Source: Podarcis melisellensis
Taxonomy: Eukaryota
DNA length: 64,000 bases
Direction: 5' to 3' (one strand)
Assembly (NCBI GenBank): GCA_964234715.1
Contig: OZ174283.1
Shown here piece after piece: positions 24,950 through 40,000 of this stretch. The translations under genes and the position numbers were made by a program. The notes below the pieces were generated by a model. It was not told the DNA's origin. It saw nothing but the letters and a program-made list of their open reading frames with translations, and did not search any database. Numbering within the stretch: position 1 is the first letter of the stretch; each line of letters begins with the position of its first letter.

Positions 24950-25589
24950 TGATCACTAGGAGTTGGAATTTAGCATTTGAGGATTTTATCTTCTTCCCAT
25001 TTCTCATTAGGTGAGAACCTAGGTTTTGTGGAAATTTTCATGCCACATGCTTTGGTGACTTTTAGAGAGGTACAGTCTTGTTTGTGGTGGAGCAGGACAT
25101 GCCTTGGCCTATTGCCAAGGACACACTGCATTGGCAGGACATTAAATTCCAGCACAGCATGGCAAGACAGGCACCCCATTTCAATTCAGGAGGTCAAAAT
25201 GTAGAAACTGTCACTTACTGTATTATGAACTGTTCATCAAAATGTTCATCTGAGTGTAAATACTGCCTATCTCTACTGCATTGCTTTCAAGGGGATGCAC
25301 ATTCAGATATTTATTCCTAGGTTGTTTGGTGAGCATTAGCATCCCAGGCCATCCTACTAGCATCTGCCCACAAATACCTAAATTATAGACCCAGAACCAG
25401 AAAACTGCATGGAAACCTCTTGATTGTCTAGCTTCAGGTAGTCAACAGGAAGAAGATTGTTTTAAAAAGAAGTGGTGCTGAAGCAACTGCCATAATGGCC
25501 AGCAAAGATGTGTGGTAGGGGTAAAGAGGCCTGCAATTCCTTTTCATACAAGAGGAATGACCAAAAAAAAGGTCCCATGACCAAAATAA

Positions 25590-25930
25590 AGTCATAAAAT
25601 TTATACGCCACTTAATTGTAAAAAAAACCACAAAGCAGTTTACAAAAGATAAAACAATAAGCTAGCCAAGAAAAATCTACAACCCTACTTTAAAACTTAA
25701 AATTCTAAAACAGATTAAAACAGGAATGTTTTTAGCAGGTGAAGGCTACTGCTTGATCTCAATAGGCAAGGAGTTCCAAAGTGTCAGTGCTGCCACACTA
25801 AATGATCAAGGTATTACAAATGTGGAACAGGGATTGTGTGGCAACTGTAGTTGTGTACGTTCCACTGATCAAAGCGGTCAAGTGGGCGGGCACATGTAGG
25901 GGAAAGCAATCTCATAGGTAAAATCAAACT
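25590..25930 (-). mobile_element. Decayed L2-like LINE 3' end
   Basis: tttatacgccactt...aaagcagtttacaaaa...ggcaaggagttccaaagtgtcagtgctgccacactaaa is typical of an L2 3' region read in reverse. Confidence 0.55.
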
Positions 25931-26671
25931 GCATATTGTCATTACTACTGGGGGAAGCAAAATACCCAGAGGATTATAATTTTGTGGATGAGAGAAGATT
26001 AACATTTATGGTCTTACAAAATCTTTTACTGTTTTAGCCAGTGAAAGTAAATGAACTCATTTAAAAACTGAGGGCTTATTGATGACTTAGTGTATTACAA
26101 GATAAATGTGCCATTCTTAGTTGTTTTGAGGGAGCCTTTTTTTTTTTAATTTTTACTAGAAGTAATATACTCTGGGACAATTGTGTTTTGACCTGACCAT
26201 TCCAGTTGCTATGTTATTCACGAGGAGACTATAAGCTTACGTTTAAGTAGCTGCATAGAATGGTTGGGCTTGAAATGTCTCTTTATTTTTCAATTCACTA
26301 TTTTGCATTCCACTTCCTCTCCTAAACCTTATTCTTAACAAACTCACAGATTCTGGAGATGGGGGCTGATGCATATTTATGACTGTTCGCAAGAGATAGT
26401 ACTTGCCCTGCTGTGCCCAGATCTCTTTGGCCCATGCTGTGCCTTTGGGTCCAGAGAGAATTTGAAGAAAGAAAGCTGTCCAGCTTCCCAGAGAGGAAAA
26501 GATGCAGACTCTTATCCCCAAAGTATTAATCCCTCAAAGCCTTGAGAATTTGCTCCTATCTCAAGATCAGAGGTGAAGGGGGAACTAGTGTCAGTATGCG
26601 CAATTGCATGAGATGACCTCTGTTCCCAAGAAGTGATCTCTGAGACTGTCCTCTGCAGCTATAATCCTAAA

Positions 26672-26790
26672 TTGAGGGTAGACAGTGTGGTGCCCTCCAG
26701 ATCTTGTTTGGCTACAACTCACACCAGACCCAGCCAACATGGGCAATAGTCAGGGATGCTGGGAATTGTAGTCTAGAGGGCACCAAATGA
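26672..26790. mobile_element. hAT-type palindromic MITE, decayed
   Basis: ggtgccctccagatc...ctacaactc...gggatgctgggaattgtagtctagagggcacc; same family as 58166-58295. Confidence 0.7.
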
Positions 26791-27053
26791 GCTAAACACA
26801 CTGCTTGGTGAGTAAGCCCCATTGAGCACAGTTCTGAGTAGATTGGGAAATGATTGCACTATTATGTGTATAATTTCCCCCCTTTTTCCCCTTGTTCTTT
26901 TTTTTAATACAGCCAAGCTTTATAAAATGTGTAAAAAGAAGTAGAGAAAATCCCAGTGATCTGTAAACTGTCTATAGAATTTTTGTTCTTTGTTTGGATC
27001 ATTTGGCATTTGTATAAACACTATGGTTTAGTGTTGTGTAAGACATTGGTGGT

Positions 27054-27093
27054 CTCTCCTCTCCTCTCCTCTCCTCTCCTCTCCTCTCCTCTT
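27054..27093. repeat. (CTCCT)n pentanucleotide repeat
   Basis: Direct reading. Confidence 0.9.
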
Positions 27094-27256
27094 CTCGTGT
27101 GGCCACAAGAAGATCAGGAGCTTTCACTTGAATTTTAAGCTAGGCAGTTAGTGCTATATATGAACAAGGACAAACAAGGATTGTCTTAGCTATGGTCTAC
27201 TGAGACAAGTCAACTTCATTTATGAAGGTTCTTTCTTAAGGGGGGACCCTTAGTTT

Positions 27257-27443
27257 GGGGAATAGCTGTAGATCAGTGATAGACCTCATGCCTTCAGTGC
27301 AAAAGGTTCAGTCCCCAACATATTTAGGCAGGGCTGGGAAAGATTCTATCTAACACCTTTCAGAGCAGTTGCTGTCAGCATCAATAATACTGGCCTGGAT
27401 GGACCAGTGGTTTAACTTGGTATAAGGCAGCTTCCTGTGTTCA
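27257..27443 (+). mobile_element. Squam3-like SINE
   Basis: gctgtagatcagtgatagac...gggctgggaaagattc...gatggaccagtggtttaacttggtataaggcagcttcctgtgttc. Confidence 0.75.
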
Positions 27444-27454
27444 TCGTCACTGCT

Positions 27455-27850
27455 ATTATATTTCTATTCCACACTTCAGCTCAAAAGTTCCCAAGGCAGT
27501 GCCTAACAATATATTAAATTCACAAATCTGCACAGTAACCGTAAAACTTACAACATCAAACAAATCCTAAAACAGAACAACAAAACATCAATAAATTCAG
27601 TCAATCCAGCGGAAATCTCTCCCGGGAGCTAAATCCATGAGCCAGGCAAAATAAATTTACCTTAATCTGATTCCTAAAAGCAGTGTTTGGGACAACTGGA
27701 TCTTTCCGAAGAGGGAATTACACATGCAGGGTGCTACAACAGATAAGATCATGCTCCACATTGTCACACCATGAGATATGAATGACCTCTGAGCAGGGCC
27801 TATCACGCAGATCTTCAGGCATGGGATGACAGGTAACAAGGTTTAGGGTT
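27455..27850 (-). mobile_element. Decayed L2-like LINE 3' end
   Basis: tatttctattccacac...cccaaggcagtgcctaacaat...gagggaattacacatgcagggtgctacaacagataag. Confidence 0.5.
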
Positions 27851-30800
27851 GGGCTGTAAAGCTAAACTGCAATTATTATTTTTAAAGTATGTATGTCTGA
27901 ATTCTTATGCTGCACTAAAGGAGATGCAGAGTGGGAGGAGGAGACAAGCCTGAAGTTTATACACATGTCACTAAGACCTAGCCAGGGTCTCTAATTATAC
28001 AACCCAAGCCTATGAAACAAAAACCTGTACAGTACTTTTCAAAACATTGGGGGGTAATATCCGAATTAATAGGAACATTAGTTTACTGAATTTCCACCAC
28101 CAGATATGTATTCTGGTAAAATAAGAGTGTTTGAAAAACAGAGTTCATAATGGAAATGACAGCTCCACCATAGTACTGTCAGAGCTGCTGGAACAACAGT
28201 ATTTAAAACGCCATAAAATTAAAGACTTAGCACATTTACATTTTCTTGCTACAGAACGATAATATGCCCATGAAATGCAGGCTTGCTTTTATAACTAAAT
28301 TCTGTGCCATAAGTCTAGGCCATAGTGGAAATAAGAACTTCCACATCTACAGCAGTAATTTCTTTTAAAAACAGCATTTCATCTAAAGCCAGTCTTTCCC
28401 TCCCCCAGTCATCGCAGAGGTGTTCTGAAATCTTTATCGGTGACAGATACAAACTTAAATTACTGTCTACTGGAGTATTGAAGTAGGGCTGCTTTATATA
28501 GCTACACTTGTGTTTAATGTTTCACTTAATACATTGCAAGTGCTTATTCCTTAGCGATTCAGTTATTCTTAAAACATATTGAAGGTTTTTTTTTAACAGC
28601 CTGTGGCAGTAAATTAATTGTATATAACAATTACTGTGGTGAGCATTTAAGAACAGTCATCCCCACTTTTTCTGCCAAACCTTTTGGAAAAGAGAGTGTA
28701 ACGGGGGGGGGGACTATTCTACTATAAAGTCTATTCTACTATATTCTACCATTTGAAAATGATTGCTAGCATTTTATACACATTTATCTCATACTATTAG
28801 TTTAGCACAATACTTTTGTATGATGAGAAGACTATTTTAAGCTTTTCATCAATTTTCTTAGAAGGTTATCTTTGAATATTTTATCCAACTAAACCTTTTA
28901 TTGTCAAAGCATTACTAAATCTACAGGATTGTTTTGTAACACACGGCCTTAAAAGAGCCTTAAAAATTTACAGAAGAGCAAATGGTCACTTTTTGTACTG
29001 TTACAACAAATAATAAAAATATGTTACTGCAACCAAGTAAGATAATAATTGTGGCTGTCTAATAAAATTCTAAGAAATCATATACATTAACTTACTTATC
29101 AATCTCACGTTGCAGCCATTACCTGGTTCTTACTCCATGAAAAACTTTAAACTTTTCTTTGTAGCTGCAATTATTCACCCAAATTCAGCATGAAAGCTTT
29201 TGTGGTGTCAGCTGAACCTTGTGGGTGTGACTTATGAAGATAGGAATCTATAGTGGGGATTAAGAGGGAACAGCAAGGCAAACGATATACCACTGAAGCA
29301 GTTAGTGAGATGAGGAACAAGTCCCAGTCACCACCCTCCCGCAGAAGGTGGTCTGGAGAGGGGGCTGGTTCTTAAGGATGAACCTGCATACCATGTTTAT
29401 CTGTATTTATAGCAGCAAGCAGTTCACAGGTATACCTATGAAGGATCATACCGTTAGACTTAACAGACAGGTTTTGCTTAGAACCTGTAACTTCCTTGAG
29501 CAATAAGAAATCAGTTAAATTAAATGAAAATCTTTCCAATCCACTTTACATTTTAGCCTTTGAAGGTTATGCATATTCATCAATTTAGTAAAATAATGCC
29601 ATCTGTACAAGATCTAAAATAAGTGCAGATTTTGCTGTTAAAACAGAATTGCACATTAAAATGTTTTCTTTAAAGAATTCTCCTACATATCTTTGAAATG
29701 TAAGCTTTCAGGAACCCCATCTTCCGTAACACACCACAGTTTGCTGGCAGGGGCATACTTTGTTAAGTGTTTTTTTCATATTATTGTATGGCAACACCAA
29801 GCTGTTCTTAAGTCTAATATAGCACTTGTGCTTTCTTTTCTTCATCAAAGTGAAATACATGACTTAAATTTGCCAGATAATTTCAGGACCAACTCCAGGT
29901 TTTTGAGGGCCATGGGTTACAAAAATTTCAGTAGGCACCCATATGATGCTGTCCCTTACTCCTCTAACCACATTCATCCTCATTAACCTTCCAACCACAT
30001 CCATTTCCTCTTTAGCCTTTCCCTTCTGTTCCTTCCCTATAAATACAAAAATTGTCCAACATGACAGTCCTGTTCTCAAAGAACAATTTACAGTTTTGAA
30101 CTTCACAGCTTGCCTTTTACATATTTTTTTAAAAGAAAACTTCAAAATACCAACAGCATGCAAGTATATCTACACCAATCTAGTTCCAAAGTAGAATCCA
30201 TAAAAAAGGGTAAAACACACCAACTGGCAAAATTTGTGTAGGATTGGGGTGAAGGAATAGATCAGAGCAGAATAGAGTATGCGGTCCTTTACTCTAAATT
30301 TAGTGGGTCATACTTCTGTGTAAACATGAAGAGAATCAGACTGCACATCTCTCCCTAAAAGTAACTAAGCCTGCAATTCTGTACCCACACACTTCAGAGT
30401 AGGGCCCACAGAAGACAGTGGGGTTTACTTCTGGGTGGACATAGAATTATAATTTTTCAGAATGCCCATTGTGGGGGTGGAGCTAAAAAAAGTAAATTTT
30501 ATATTAAGAATTGTAGCATATCAGACTGTGTTTTATCTTGTATTAATCTTATTAAACTATATAGATAGTTCAGTAATAGATAAACATAAGGAACCAATTT
30601 CATACATGTTGTCATCAGCAAGATTATTATATGCCAGTAAATGGAGAGCATAAACTATACAAACAACAAAATAACAAACTGATAAATGTTGAAGTATTGC
30701 TTTAATCAATAGCAAAAATTGAGGGGGAGAAAGCAAGATAGTTATGGGGTAAATGGAAGCTACCTATTGATTATTGTAGAGTAAATCCATTACTTCCACA

Positions 30801-31189
30801 GTCAAATTGAAGTTTTAGATTATCTTCAATTACAGTACTCTGTTAGGTCTTTTGTAATTATTCATATGTTTGACCAAGCATCTTCAAATTCATGATCAGG
30901 TTTAAAACTTGTTGATTTTAGTAATGAGTCACTTATATATTCATTAGTGTGTCTGTGTATCACACACTTTTGTATATAAATGTTTTATTTGTTTGTGTGT
31001 ATGTATCATCCCCCTTCTTGTTCTATTTGAAAAGCTCTCTGCAGATCTTAAAATTTGTTAAACAGTAGATTTTCTTTCAGCTGGTGCCATTTAAAAGATG
31101 ACACTGTTATTCTTCCTCTCTTTTTATTCTCATCACCTCGTACTAGATGTGCAATGTTGATCTCTTTTCTTGACTCAGCCACGTCATAC

Positions 31190-31378
31190 AAATTTGTGAA
31201 GTTGCCTTGTACAGAATCAGACAGTTGGCCCCTCTCGCACAGTACTCTCTGCTGCACATTACAGCAACTCTCCAACGTGCCAGATATTTTTCTCCCAAGC
31301 ACCCTACCTGAGAGAATAGTCACTAAATCTGGAACCTTAGGAATGCAAAGCATGTTTCAGCCTGTGAGCTATTGCCCA
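31190..31378 (-). mobile_element. Squam3-like SINE
   Basis: Reverse complement of the family pattern: gaagttgccttgtacagaatcagac...ggaaccttaggaatgcaaagcatg...tgagctattgccc. Confidence 0.7.
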
Positions 31379-33909
31379 TCCCTCCTCCTCTATCACATTT
31401 TTGTCTCCATGTTTTCTGGCAGTTGGCATAATCCCCATCAACATATATATATTTTTTATTTTCCAGACCTCCTTGGAGTTTCAGTCTGTCATAGTTGGTG
31501 CTAATATAATTATATTAAGTCCTGGTTTTTTCCCCACTGTTGAAGTTGATTGCATTCCCAGGATAGGTTGGGAGGAGAAGTTGACACAGAAAATTCAAAT
31601 GAGCTACTGAATATTTAATGAAATTTTTGGTTGAGCTTCATGGTAAAGCTTATCCTTAATATTCTGCTTTTTCTACTCCTTGCTATCTTGTAAATTTCCT
31701 ATCTCAATTCAACTCACTATTGGAACCTTTTCTCAAACATCATTAAGACCTCAGACTAGTTTAAAGAAAAAAGAAAAATCTCTCTGCTACTGTAGGTATG
31801 AGAACTAAGCTTACACTCTTGAATTTACATTGTCATTGTGGAAGTTGCTTTCAGGCAAGAAAAGCTGTTGAAAAAAATCACTTATCAAATGATTAAATAA
31901 CATACTCTAAAATATTTAATAACTTGTTGTAAAATTAAGTTTGCTTTTCTTAAATGAAAGCAACGATCTATTAATTTTTCCAATTAATGATATTTTTCCA
32001 CTTGAAAGAGCTTTCATATTACCTGTGAACATCTTTAAATAGATTCCATGTGGTTTGTGGTTAATTAAGAGAACCACTTATTAGCATCATAATCAGCATG
32101 ATTCTGCCGTGCTCTAATAACGAAGCTTCTTCCTCTGCAAAATCGATATCTGTAGTACAGATATGAAAAAGCATACGGAATGTGGTCATCAAAAGATAGT
32201 TGTTGCTAACTGAAGCATGTCTGAGCAGCAGAACTTGCAATGTCACAGGTATATCTTATTGAAATTAGCATTTATTATTCAATGTTTAAGCGGGAGTGCC
32301 AAATAATCTGAAGTAAAATGAAAGATTCCTTTCACCTGCATATACAAATTATGTGAGAAAGTTTTGGAAAGAAACGGGATGTAACATTTGGCCGTTCATC
32401 CAATCTAAAACTTGTTAATGCTTGAAGACTTTCTACTATATTACATAATTGCCGCATCTCATCAGGCAATAAACTGGCAAGGGGTACTGCTAAAAAGCCA
32501 GTGGTGAGTCAGGTTTGGTCAGCACTGGAATAGTACAGTCCATTTAGGATCAAGGAAGCCTTGCCTCAAGAAACCAATGAACCTACATGGGGCTTTATGG
32601 CTAGAACACATTCAGGAGGAAGAGAGGCTACAACAGCTCTAAGACAGCAGAGGACAGCTTGAATGTGAACATTACCATCGTACAGTAGACTAGTGTCTAC
32701 ACACATTTCTATATTCTTCTCTGTCCTCCATCCAGGCAAGCAAGATACGTTAACAATCAAGGATACATTCTAGCCAAACAATAGCACCTGGGATGTGAAG
32801 CAGGGCCAGTGGGTGTTATGGTCTGAGGAGAGCTCTGAGGGCCAGATAGAGAGACCTGAATGGTTGCCAAAGAATGTTGCAGCAGTGATACATAGCACTC
32901 TGCCAAGAGGACACTGCTTTCAGGCCGAACTGAGAGGCTCTGGTACATCTCATCAACTTTAATGTTTTGCTGGCCTCTTTAATGGCTAGGCTTGAAGTGA
33001 TGTTAAATTGAACTGAAACTCAGGTCCATTGCCAATGGTGCTCTAGGGAGGCTGGAAATTAGAACTTATAAAAATCTCAGGCTGCCTTGAGACATTGGGC
33101 TCTTTGAGTGAAACCAGCGCAGTTGTTGTGACCAATTTATGGCTGGTCCAAGACAATTTGCTACTTCAGGCAAAGAACAAGATGGTGTCTCCCCATTGCC
33201 CACCCCCCTCTGAAGTCTGGTAGACTAGCAGTTAACTATTTTTTTAGCAGTGGTCATCAAACGTATCATCCAGCATACCTGAGGGTTAGGGGATGCTGGT
33301 CAAGCCATGTAGCACACACAGCACTGTTGTGCAGCGGAGGGGATTGCCTGGGGCTGAAGAGGAATGCTTGGTGTGGCTGCTGCCCCCCCCAGCATCACCA
33401 CCAGCTGAGGTGGTGCCAAATGGTAGTGGTAGCACTGGATTAACCAATTAGACACCTTGATGGTAAGCAGGAATAGGTCATTGATCTCCTAGTACTGGTG
33501 TTGTCTTCTTCCAGGAAAGTTACTGGTTTCTGAGTTAGGCTCTGAGTGGGTTATGACACCATTTGCAATAGAAACATCATGCTCTAGAAAAAGCTGTTCT
33601 TTCTTCAAGGTAGCCCAATGCATAAGCTCCCCCCCCCCATTACTTTATAGAAGAAAAGGTTCCCTGCGAGAGAGAAAGATAGCTCGATCAGCAGGAGGCA
33701 TATGTGTTACAAAAATATTTTCCCCACCAAGCCAGGCACCCCTCCATTCCTCAGACAGCTCAATTTGTTCTTTTCTCTAACACAACTGACAGATGTATAC
33801 AGATCAGGTGTTCTCTGTTGAAGAAAGAGTGCTTCATGGAAGAATGCTTTTTAACTCTAGCTGGATTTTTCCCCTGGAAATTCATCCTCTGTTTTTGATA
33901 GTGTTGGGT

Positions 33910-34015
33910 TTTGAGTTACAGATTTTGGGACTGCAGCTCCCATTATCGCTGACCATATTGGCTGATGAAAGCTAGAGTCCAGCAACATCTGGAGGGTCAC
34001 GTCTCCTGTCCCCTG
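33910..34015. mobile_element. hAT-type MITE, decayed
   Basis: ttgggactgcagctcccatt...agtccagcaacatctggaggg...cccctg. Confidence 0.6.
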
Positions 34016-37000
34016 CTATGGAATTTTCCTCTTACTGCTCTGAGAGCTTTTTTGCTTGCACTTCTGCAAACATTTGCAGAACACCAGAGTTGGTTATTTG
34101 CCTTCTGCTCTCTGCATCCAATACTTTCTGCTTCTGAATTACTAGTATCATGCTAGTGTATCAAATCCATTATCTCTTTGCGTAGAAGTGCTCGATAAGC
34201 ACAATCACTCTGAACAAAGAAGAATACAATAGCCTTTTAAATCCAAATATATCTGAAAAGAGGAAGAGGCCACTTATCTGTGTGTCTTACTCTGTGGCTT
34301 GTTGCTGTTGCAGCTCTGGCATATTAACACAGCCCTGCCTGAAGGATAACACTGCTGTGCAATCAGTACTTTAGAGCTTTCTGTCCCCAAAACCCCTGCA
34401 GCTCAATGCTTTGTAAAAATCGTATTCTTAAAAATACTTCTCCAACAGCTGCCCATGGGCAGTGTCCCAGCAGTGCCTAATAGGCTACCTGTTATAGTAA
34501 AAATAGCTCTTCTAGCTGATATAGGAAGATTAAACCAAGTTTCTCGCAGAGGGGAGTGTGCGTATCTGTGTGACTGCATTCATATTCTCTCTCCTTGCTG
34601 CACATACTGGTGTGCCACAGTTTCAGACAGTACTTATTCCTTGACAGCTTTGTGGAGCAAAGGAAACAACCATACTGCATTTATAGTTGATTCCTCAGAT
34701 GTTGAGTAATCTGGTTTTTGCACTATGATTTTTTGATCTGCCCATTATGCATGGCAAAGACAGAATGTAGCATTTCCAATAAATTAAAAATTAAAATTAA
34801 AAATGTCAATGCTTTTCCAATTAATACCGTAGCATGTAGCCTAGCCTTCTTTGAAAGGACTGAATTTGAGGACAAGATGCTTTTGATTGTTATGTTCAAT
34901 TAACAAGCATGTCAGAGATTTGTTTAGTTCAGCAACTGCTTTGGAAGTCACAAACAAAATTGGGTGTAATGCAAAGTAAAACATGAGCTCTGAATAGTTG
35001 ACATTATAAATTTAGGTGATTTGTCTTAAACATCCTCACTGTCGTTCTCTGACAGAATCCTATTTCTAACACTTTAGAGAATAATAAAATTGACAAGTCC
35101 ATATCTCTCTCCCGTTTATTTTGGAAAGCAGTAAGGAGTGAATGTTCATCTTCATAGTTTTCTCTATCATATGCTCATCTTTGTGGCCGTAATTTATTTA
35201 TTTATTGTGCCCTAAGCAGATGGGAGTTTAAGATTTTTAACAGCTCTAGTATATTGAAAGAGGAGGAATACAAATCCCGTTTTCCTCCTTGTCAAGAAGG
35301 AGACATAAAATAGAAAATGTCATTTTAAGTATCTGAAGGAGGGGTGGGAGAAGACAGATCATATATTGGACCTGTCAAACATGACAGGCACTCTTTAAGC
35401 TGTATATGACAAATGAGTACATGTAAAGTCTCTCTCTCTCTGCTTTTTGGCTGCTCTTGATTTACTATGGATAATTTTAATTACTCTGCAGGGCTATGTG
35501 TGTATGCCAACGGTTGGGAGAAACCTTTGTTTTACAGTACTAGATTGATCAATGTATTTGTGTATAGAGAAATGGTTTTAAGTATGTACTACTGTAATTT
35601 GATATGGACATATTTTATTGATACATGACCCAACACCCACATAAGCACGTGTGCGTGCGCACACATACTTTATTTCAAAAAAGAGGAGAAGTCAGAAGGG
35701 AGGGTTGAAGTAGTTAAGGAAGCAGAATGCATAAACATACCTATCTGTGATGTGGATTTCCTAGGACTGCAACCATTTTCTCAGGTTGCGCTTCTAGTCT
35801 TATAATTCTATAAACATGGTAATAGAATTATGCTTACGTGTATACTCCTAAATAATGTTCTTGTGGTACAGATGTTGCCCCTTCTTCTCCTTTGCTCTTT
35901 TGGAAATCCTACTGTTCCAGGCAACCAGTCTGATTGTTGTCTCTCAGTTATATTGTTGGATGGCGGGTGTTGTGTTGTTTTTATTATATTTTTATCACAA
36001 AATCAATCTGGTGTCTAGTACGATCACAGGCAGTTTAGATTTTAAATAAATAAAAAATTGGTATTCTGATTAGATTTGTGTGGGTTTGGTAGACTGACCA
36101 GCATTGTTTGTAAGTTGGCTTTATAGTTAATTAAGGCATTTTATGTTCTGCTGTCTGTTTTCAGTCTATCTATTTTTCTTCCCAAGATTACTGGATACAG
36201 AGCTAATAAAAATTCAGGGTTGCATAGGCATTTGGTGAATTTCATGTATAAGATTTATTTGGGGCTAAAAATCTTCACTTTTTGTGCATTGTGAAATCAG
36301 TAGGCATAAGTCTATTACAACTGGTTGGAATTGGATACCGTTTATACATTTGTAGGGAGATAAAATGAAATGTTCTGACATTCCTATACAATGTGCAACT
36401 TGGCATGCTTATTTCTGCTAAAGGTTTTATTCTGGGATGGGTTGGCAGGAAGAAAATTATGTTACATAGAGCACTTAAAATACATATTGAACAGATTAAA
36501 TGCATTTCTTGAAAAGTCTTTCTTGAAATGCATTTCTTGAAGTTCGTCTTTGTTATTTTCAGAATTACTTATTTTATAATAGATCTACAAACCTAATCTG
36601 TTCTGTACCTATTGCGAAGCTTCGGAATAGTTAATTCCCCTCTTGTATCCTATTCACATGCCTCCCAAGGCCAGTGTAGACATGACTGCTTGCATTCACT
36701 CATAATGTTAAATCATGGCGTAGCCCTACATGAATGGACTTCAAAGAGCCTTAGTAAACCATTTAAAACAAACTCTGGTAAATGTAACAAGAAACAGGGT
36801 TATTGAACTGGTTGATTTAAACTAAACTGAGTTCAATGTAAATTAGGATCCCTGGATAGAACATAATGCTGTTCTGTAAAAGTGAAGCTAATTTGCCAAA
36901 GCCCTCATCCTGGCCAGCACAGGAGCCTGAAGAATCCCCTTCACTTTTCATGTTAGCCTCAACTATGATCAACACTAAACAGGATTTTGAAACATGCCAT

Positions 37001-40000
37001 CTTCAAGTCCTGGCTAAGAGCAAACCTCAGATGGCACTAACCATGATTAAGACACACGTCAGTTTAAGCCCTAACTATGGTTAAAAGATACTGAAGATGA
37101 TATTTCCATGTTTTGGTGAATTTAGAATGATAATGTGAAATTCTCATGATGTTCAGCCAGCATTATGATAAACTAATACATTTTTTAAAATAATAATGCA
37201 GCAAGGAGTGGTAATATTAATTATTTTTTTAAAAAAATACCTACAAAACAAATATGTACAGACCAAACCTAACTGTATAAAGCTGGTGTAGATTATGTCA
37301 GCACACAGTACACTGGTGTAGGTTCCCCCTATTCAAAACTCTGTTCAGGAGGAATTTGACTTACAACCCAGTTCCTCTGGGTTGATCACATTGCTAAACT
37401 GAAAGGGGTTTGGAATAAGTGTCAGTCTCACTTTGCCCCACGCTGCCCCCAGAATGCTTGTGTGGGGAACTGATGTCAGCATATCTCAGACTCAGTCAGA
37501 GTGAGGGACTTACTTCGGCATAGCCCTGTCTCAGCCAGGAAACCTGAAGATCTACTAAATCTGAACTCTGTCATGCTGAGTTTGGTCATGCTTTTAGGGG
37601 GTAGTCCTATGTACATATATATCCCCCCCCTCCTGTGTTTTGCACATACATTTTTTGTTGCAAGGCAAGTAGACTTCATCCTCTCAGTAGTAAAACTCCT
37701 GTCATTGCTTTAAATAATTCTGAGCTCAAATCCAAACTTGCTTTTTTAAAAACTTTTAAAAGTAGTATGTACAGCATTTCTTCTCCGGCCATTTGAAATG
37801 GAATGTTATCAGTGGATTTGATGAAGTCTGGCTTTCAAACTTTTATCATAGTTTTAAATCCTCATACAAAGCCTTGAACTTGTTTCTACAGTTGTGTGCA
37901 ATTCCAAATATCTCATTATCAATTTGCTAATATAGTGTGTTTGCTGCTTTCACAGCTCTCAGTGAATATTTTATGTTTGAACGATGATACTTAGTAAGCA
38001 GTGTGCCACACTGCAGGCATTGTCAATAAGATTCAAATAGTTCACTTTTTTAAAATTCTGGGAATTAAGCTGACTTTAGTGCCTCATTTATAAGTCAGTG
38101 CAGTCTTTCAGAAAGGATGCACCATGTTTGATCCCTTGCCCTACCCACTATTCATTGAATTTTTGTATTAACAGCCATTTCTCATTTTATGTGCTCCTGA
38201 TTATGGAACGTAAAGTTAATTAAATATTATATATCTGGCCTGTTCCTTCTTTTATCTATAGATAAATGATACTTGAAGTTTCTAGTATCGTCAGTGTTCA
38301 TGATGTTCATTGGAACTATGTCCCGGATGATTATCTGAACAGTGTATGCTTTCACTTCCGCAAGACCTCAAAGTATTTGGGTCACTGCACAATGAAATAC
38401 TTTTTAGGTTGAACATATCCCATAAGACACTCTAGAAAAGAACTGGCAACCAAATAGCAAAGTGAAAATGTAAACCTCGGAGTTTTATATGTTTAAAAGG
38501 ATTTCCCGAAGAAGAAAAATAAGAATGCATTAGCTGTGATCAGCTCTAACTGCTTTGGTTTAGATTACCGTACTTTTGACCTCCTTAAATGCATCTGCTA
38601 GGCATATATCAAAATAAATAAATACTGTTCCTATTATAAAAGCTGATCAATAAAAAATATGCTGTTTTTGCAGGAAACTTATTAGTATGATACATGATAC
38701 ATGACTAACCCATTCCTATTAAAAGAGATGTGTATTGTAATTAAAGTCTTCCTGTTTGTATCACGTTTTCTATCAGATTTTCTTGGTTTCTGTTGATTTG
38801 AGTCTAGAAAAGAATTTTCTGGGATCTGTTTGCTTTCTACTCTCTAAAACCACACAAGCTGCCATTCTTGTGGGGTTATATTTGTGCCTTCTTCGCATTT
38901 CACGATATGCTACAAACTTCCATGATTTGCTGTAACCAAGGTGTAGCAAAACACTACAATTTGTTGGTGGTTCTGAGACACTCCTCAATGATGCGGACCT
39001 AACATGCTTAACCTTCATCTTAATTCTGCATATCTAGAATGAAGCATTTGTCTTCCCCTAGGTTGGGGTCTTGGAGGCACTGGGGCACTCAATTTTAAGA
39101 TGAAACTGGCACATCTCAAGAAACCGGGACATTGCAAGATATAGCCCAGTCAATGCTAGTGTAGCATCAAATCTGGTTGTTCAGACAAGAGCTGGAGAGC
39201 CCCCTATGACCAGTGTTGGCTGGAATACTTTATGTAGGCTGACCAGTTAGATATTACCTTTTAGCCCCACCCTATCTGAGAAGCTGTCTGTTTCTTTAAA
39301 GGCTGCACTTCCCCTTCCCCTCCACATCTCATAGAATAATTAAAAGTGGTGGAGAGATGGCTTGCAATTGCTTTTTCACTCTATGATCCCATGGTGATAT
39401 AATCAGATGTGGCCATGTCACAGTGTTATGGTGGGCAAAATAAGTTCTTCAATTGGCCTCACTCTGGGAGACAAAGAGGGAATGCATCTCTGTGTGCAAG
39501 AAACTGGGTCAATACATTCTGAGTTGCCACAATCTGCTGACATGTTCCTTGCCAAGAATTTCAACTCCACTTATGGATGTGGGTGGAGCTAGAGAATGCA
39601 GATAGAAATGTCATCCATTCTCACTGCACACTTTTCAGTAGAATGTGTATCTCAGGCCACATTCTCCCCCAGTTAGTCATCTCTGCTTTACTGGATTGGG
39701 ATGAGAGAGCCTTGCCAATGGAAATGTGTTCCGTATTCTTGGTAATAGAACTTTTTCATAGCTTTTTTGCACAGAGAGGGCGTATATATGAAAATGCACT
39801 CCCTGTTGCCTCATCACTACTGAGCAGGCACACTGCCTCTGTTGAAAAGTATAATGAGTTAGATGAGATTATGTGAAAGCAGTGTGTGCACTTATTAGCT
39901 TAAAAAACCCTAACTTGTCCTGTTCTTGCTATTATTTCTTGCCAGCTCCTCTGAGGGAGCCCAGTTCAGCATGGCATAGCGAAACACTTAAAACCTAAAT

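Noticed and set aside
31055-31504. 149-aa ORF
   Set aside because: Largely an antisense read-through of a Squam3-like SINE.
38294-38342. C/D-box snoRNA-like pattern (tgttca-TGATG...CTGA-aca with terminal stem)
   Set aside because: Imperfect C box and only ~28 nt between boxes; too short for a typical C/D snoRNA.
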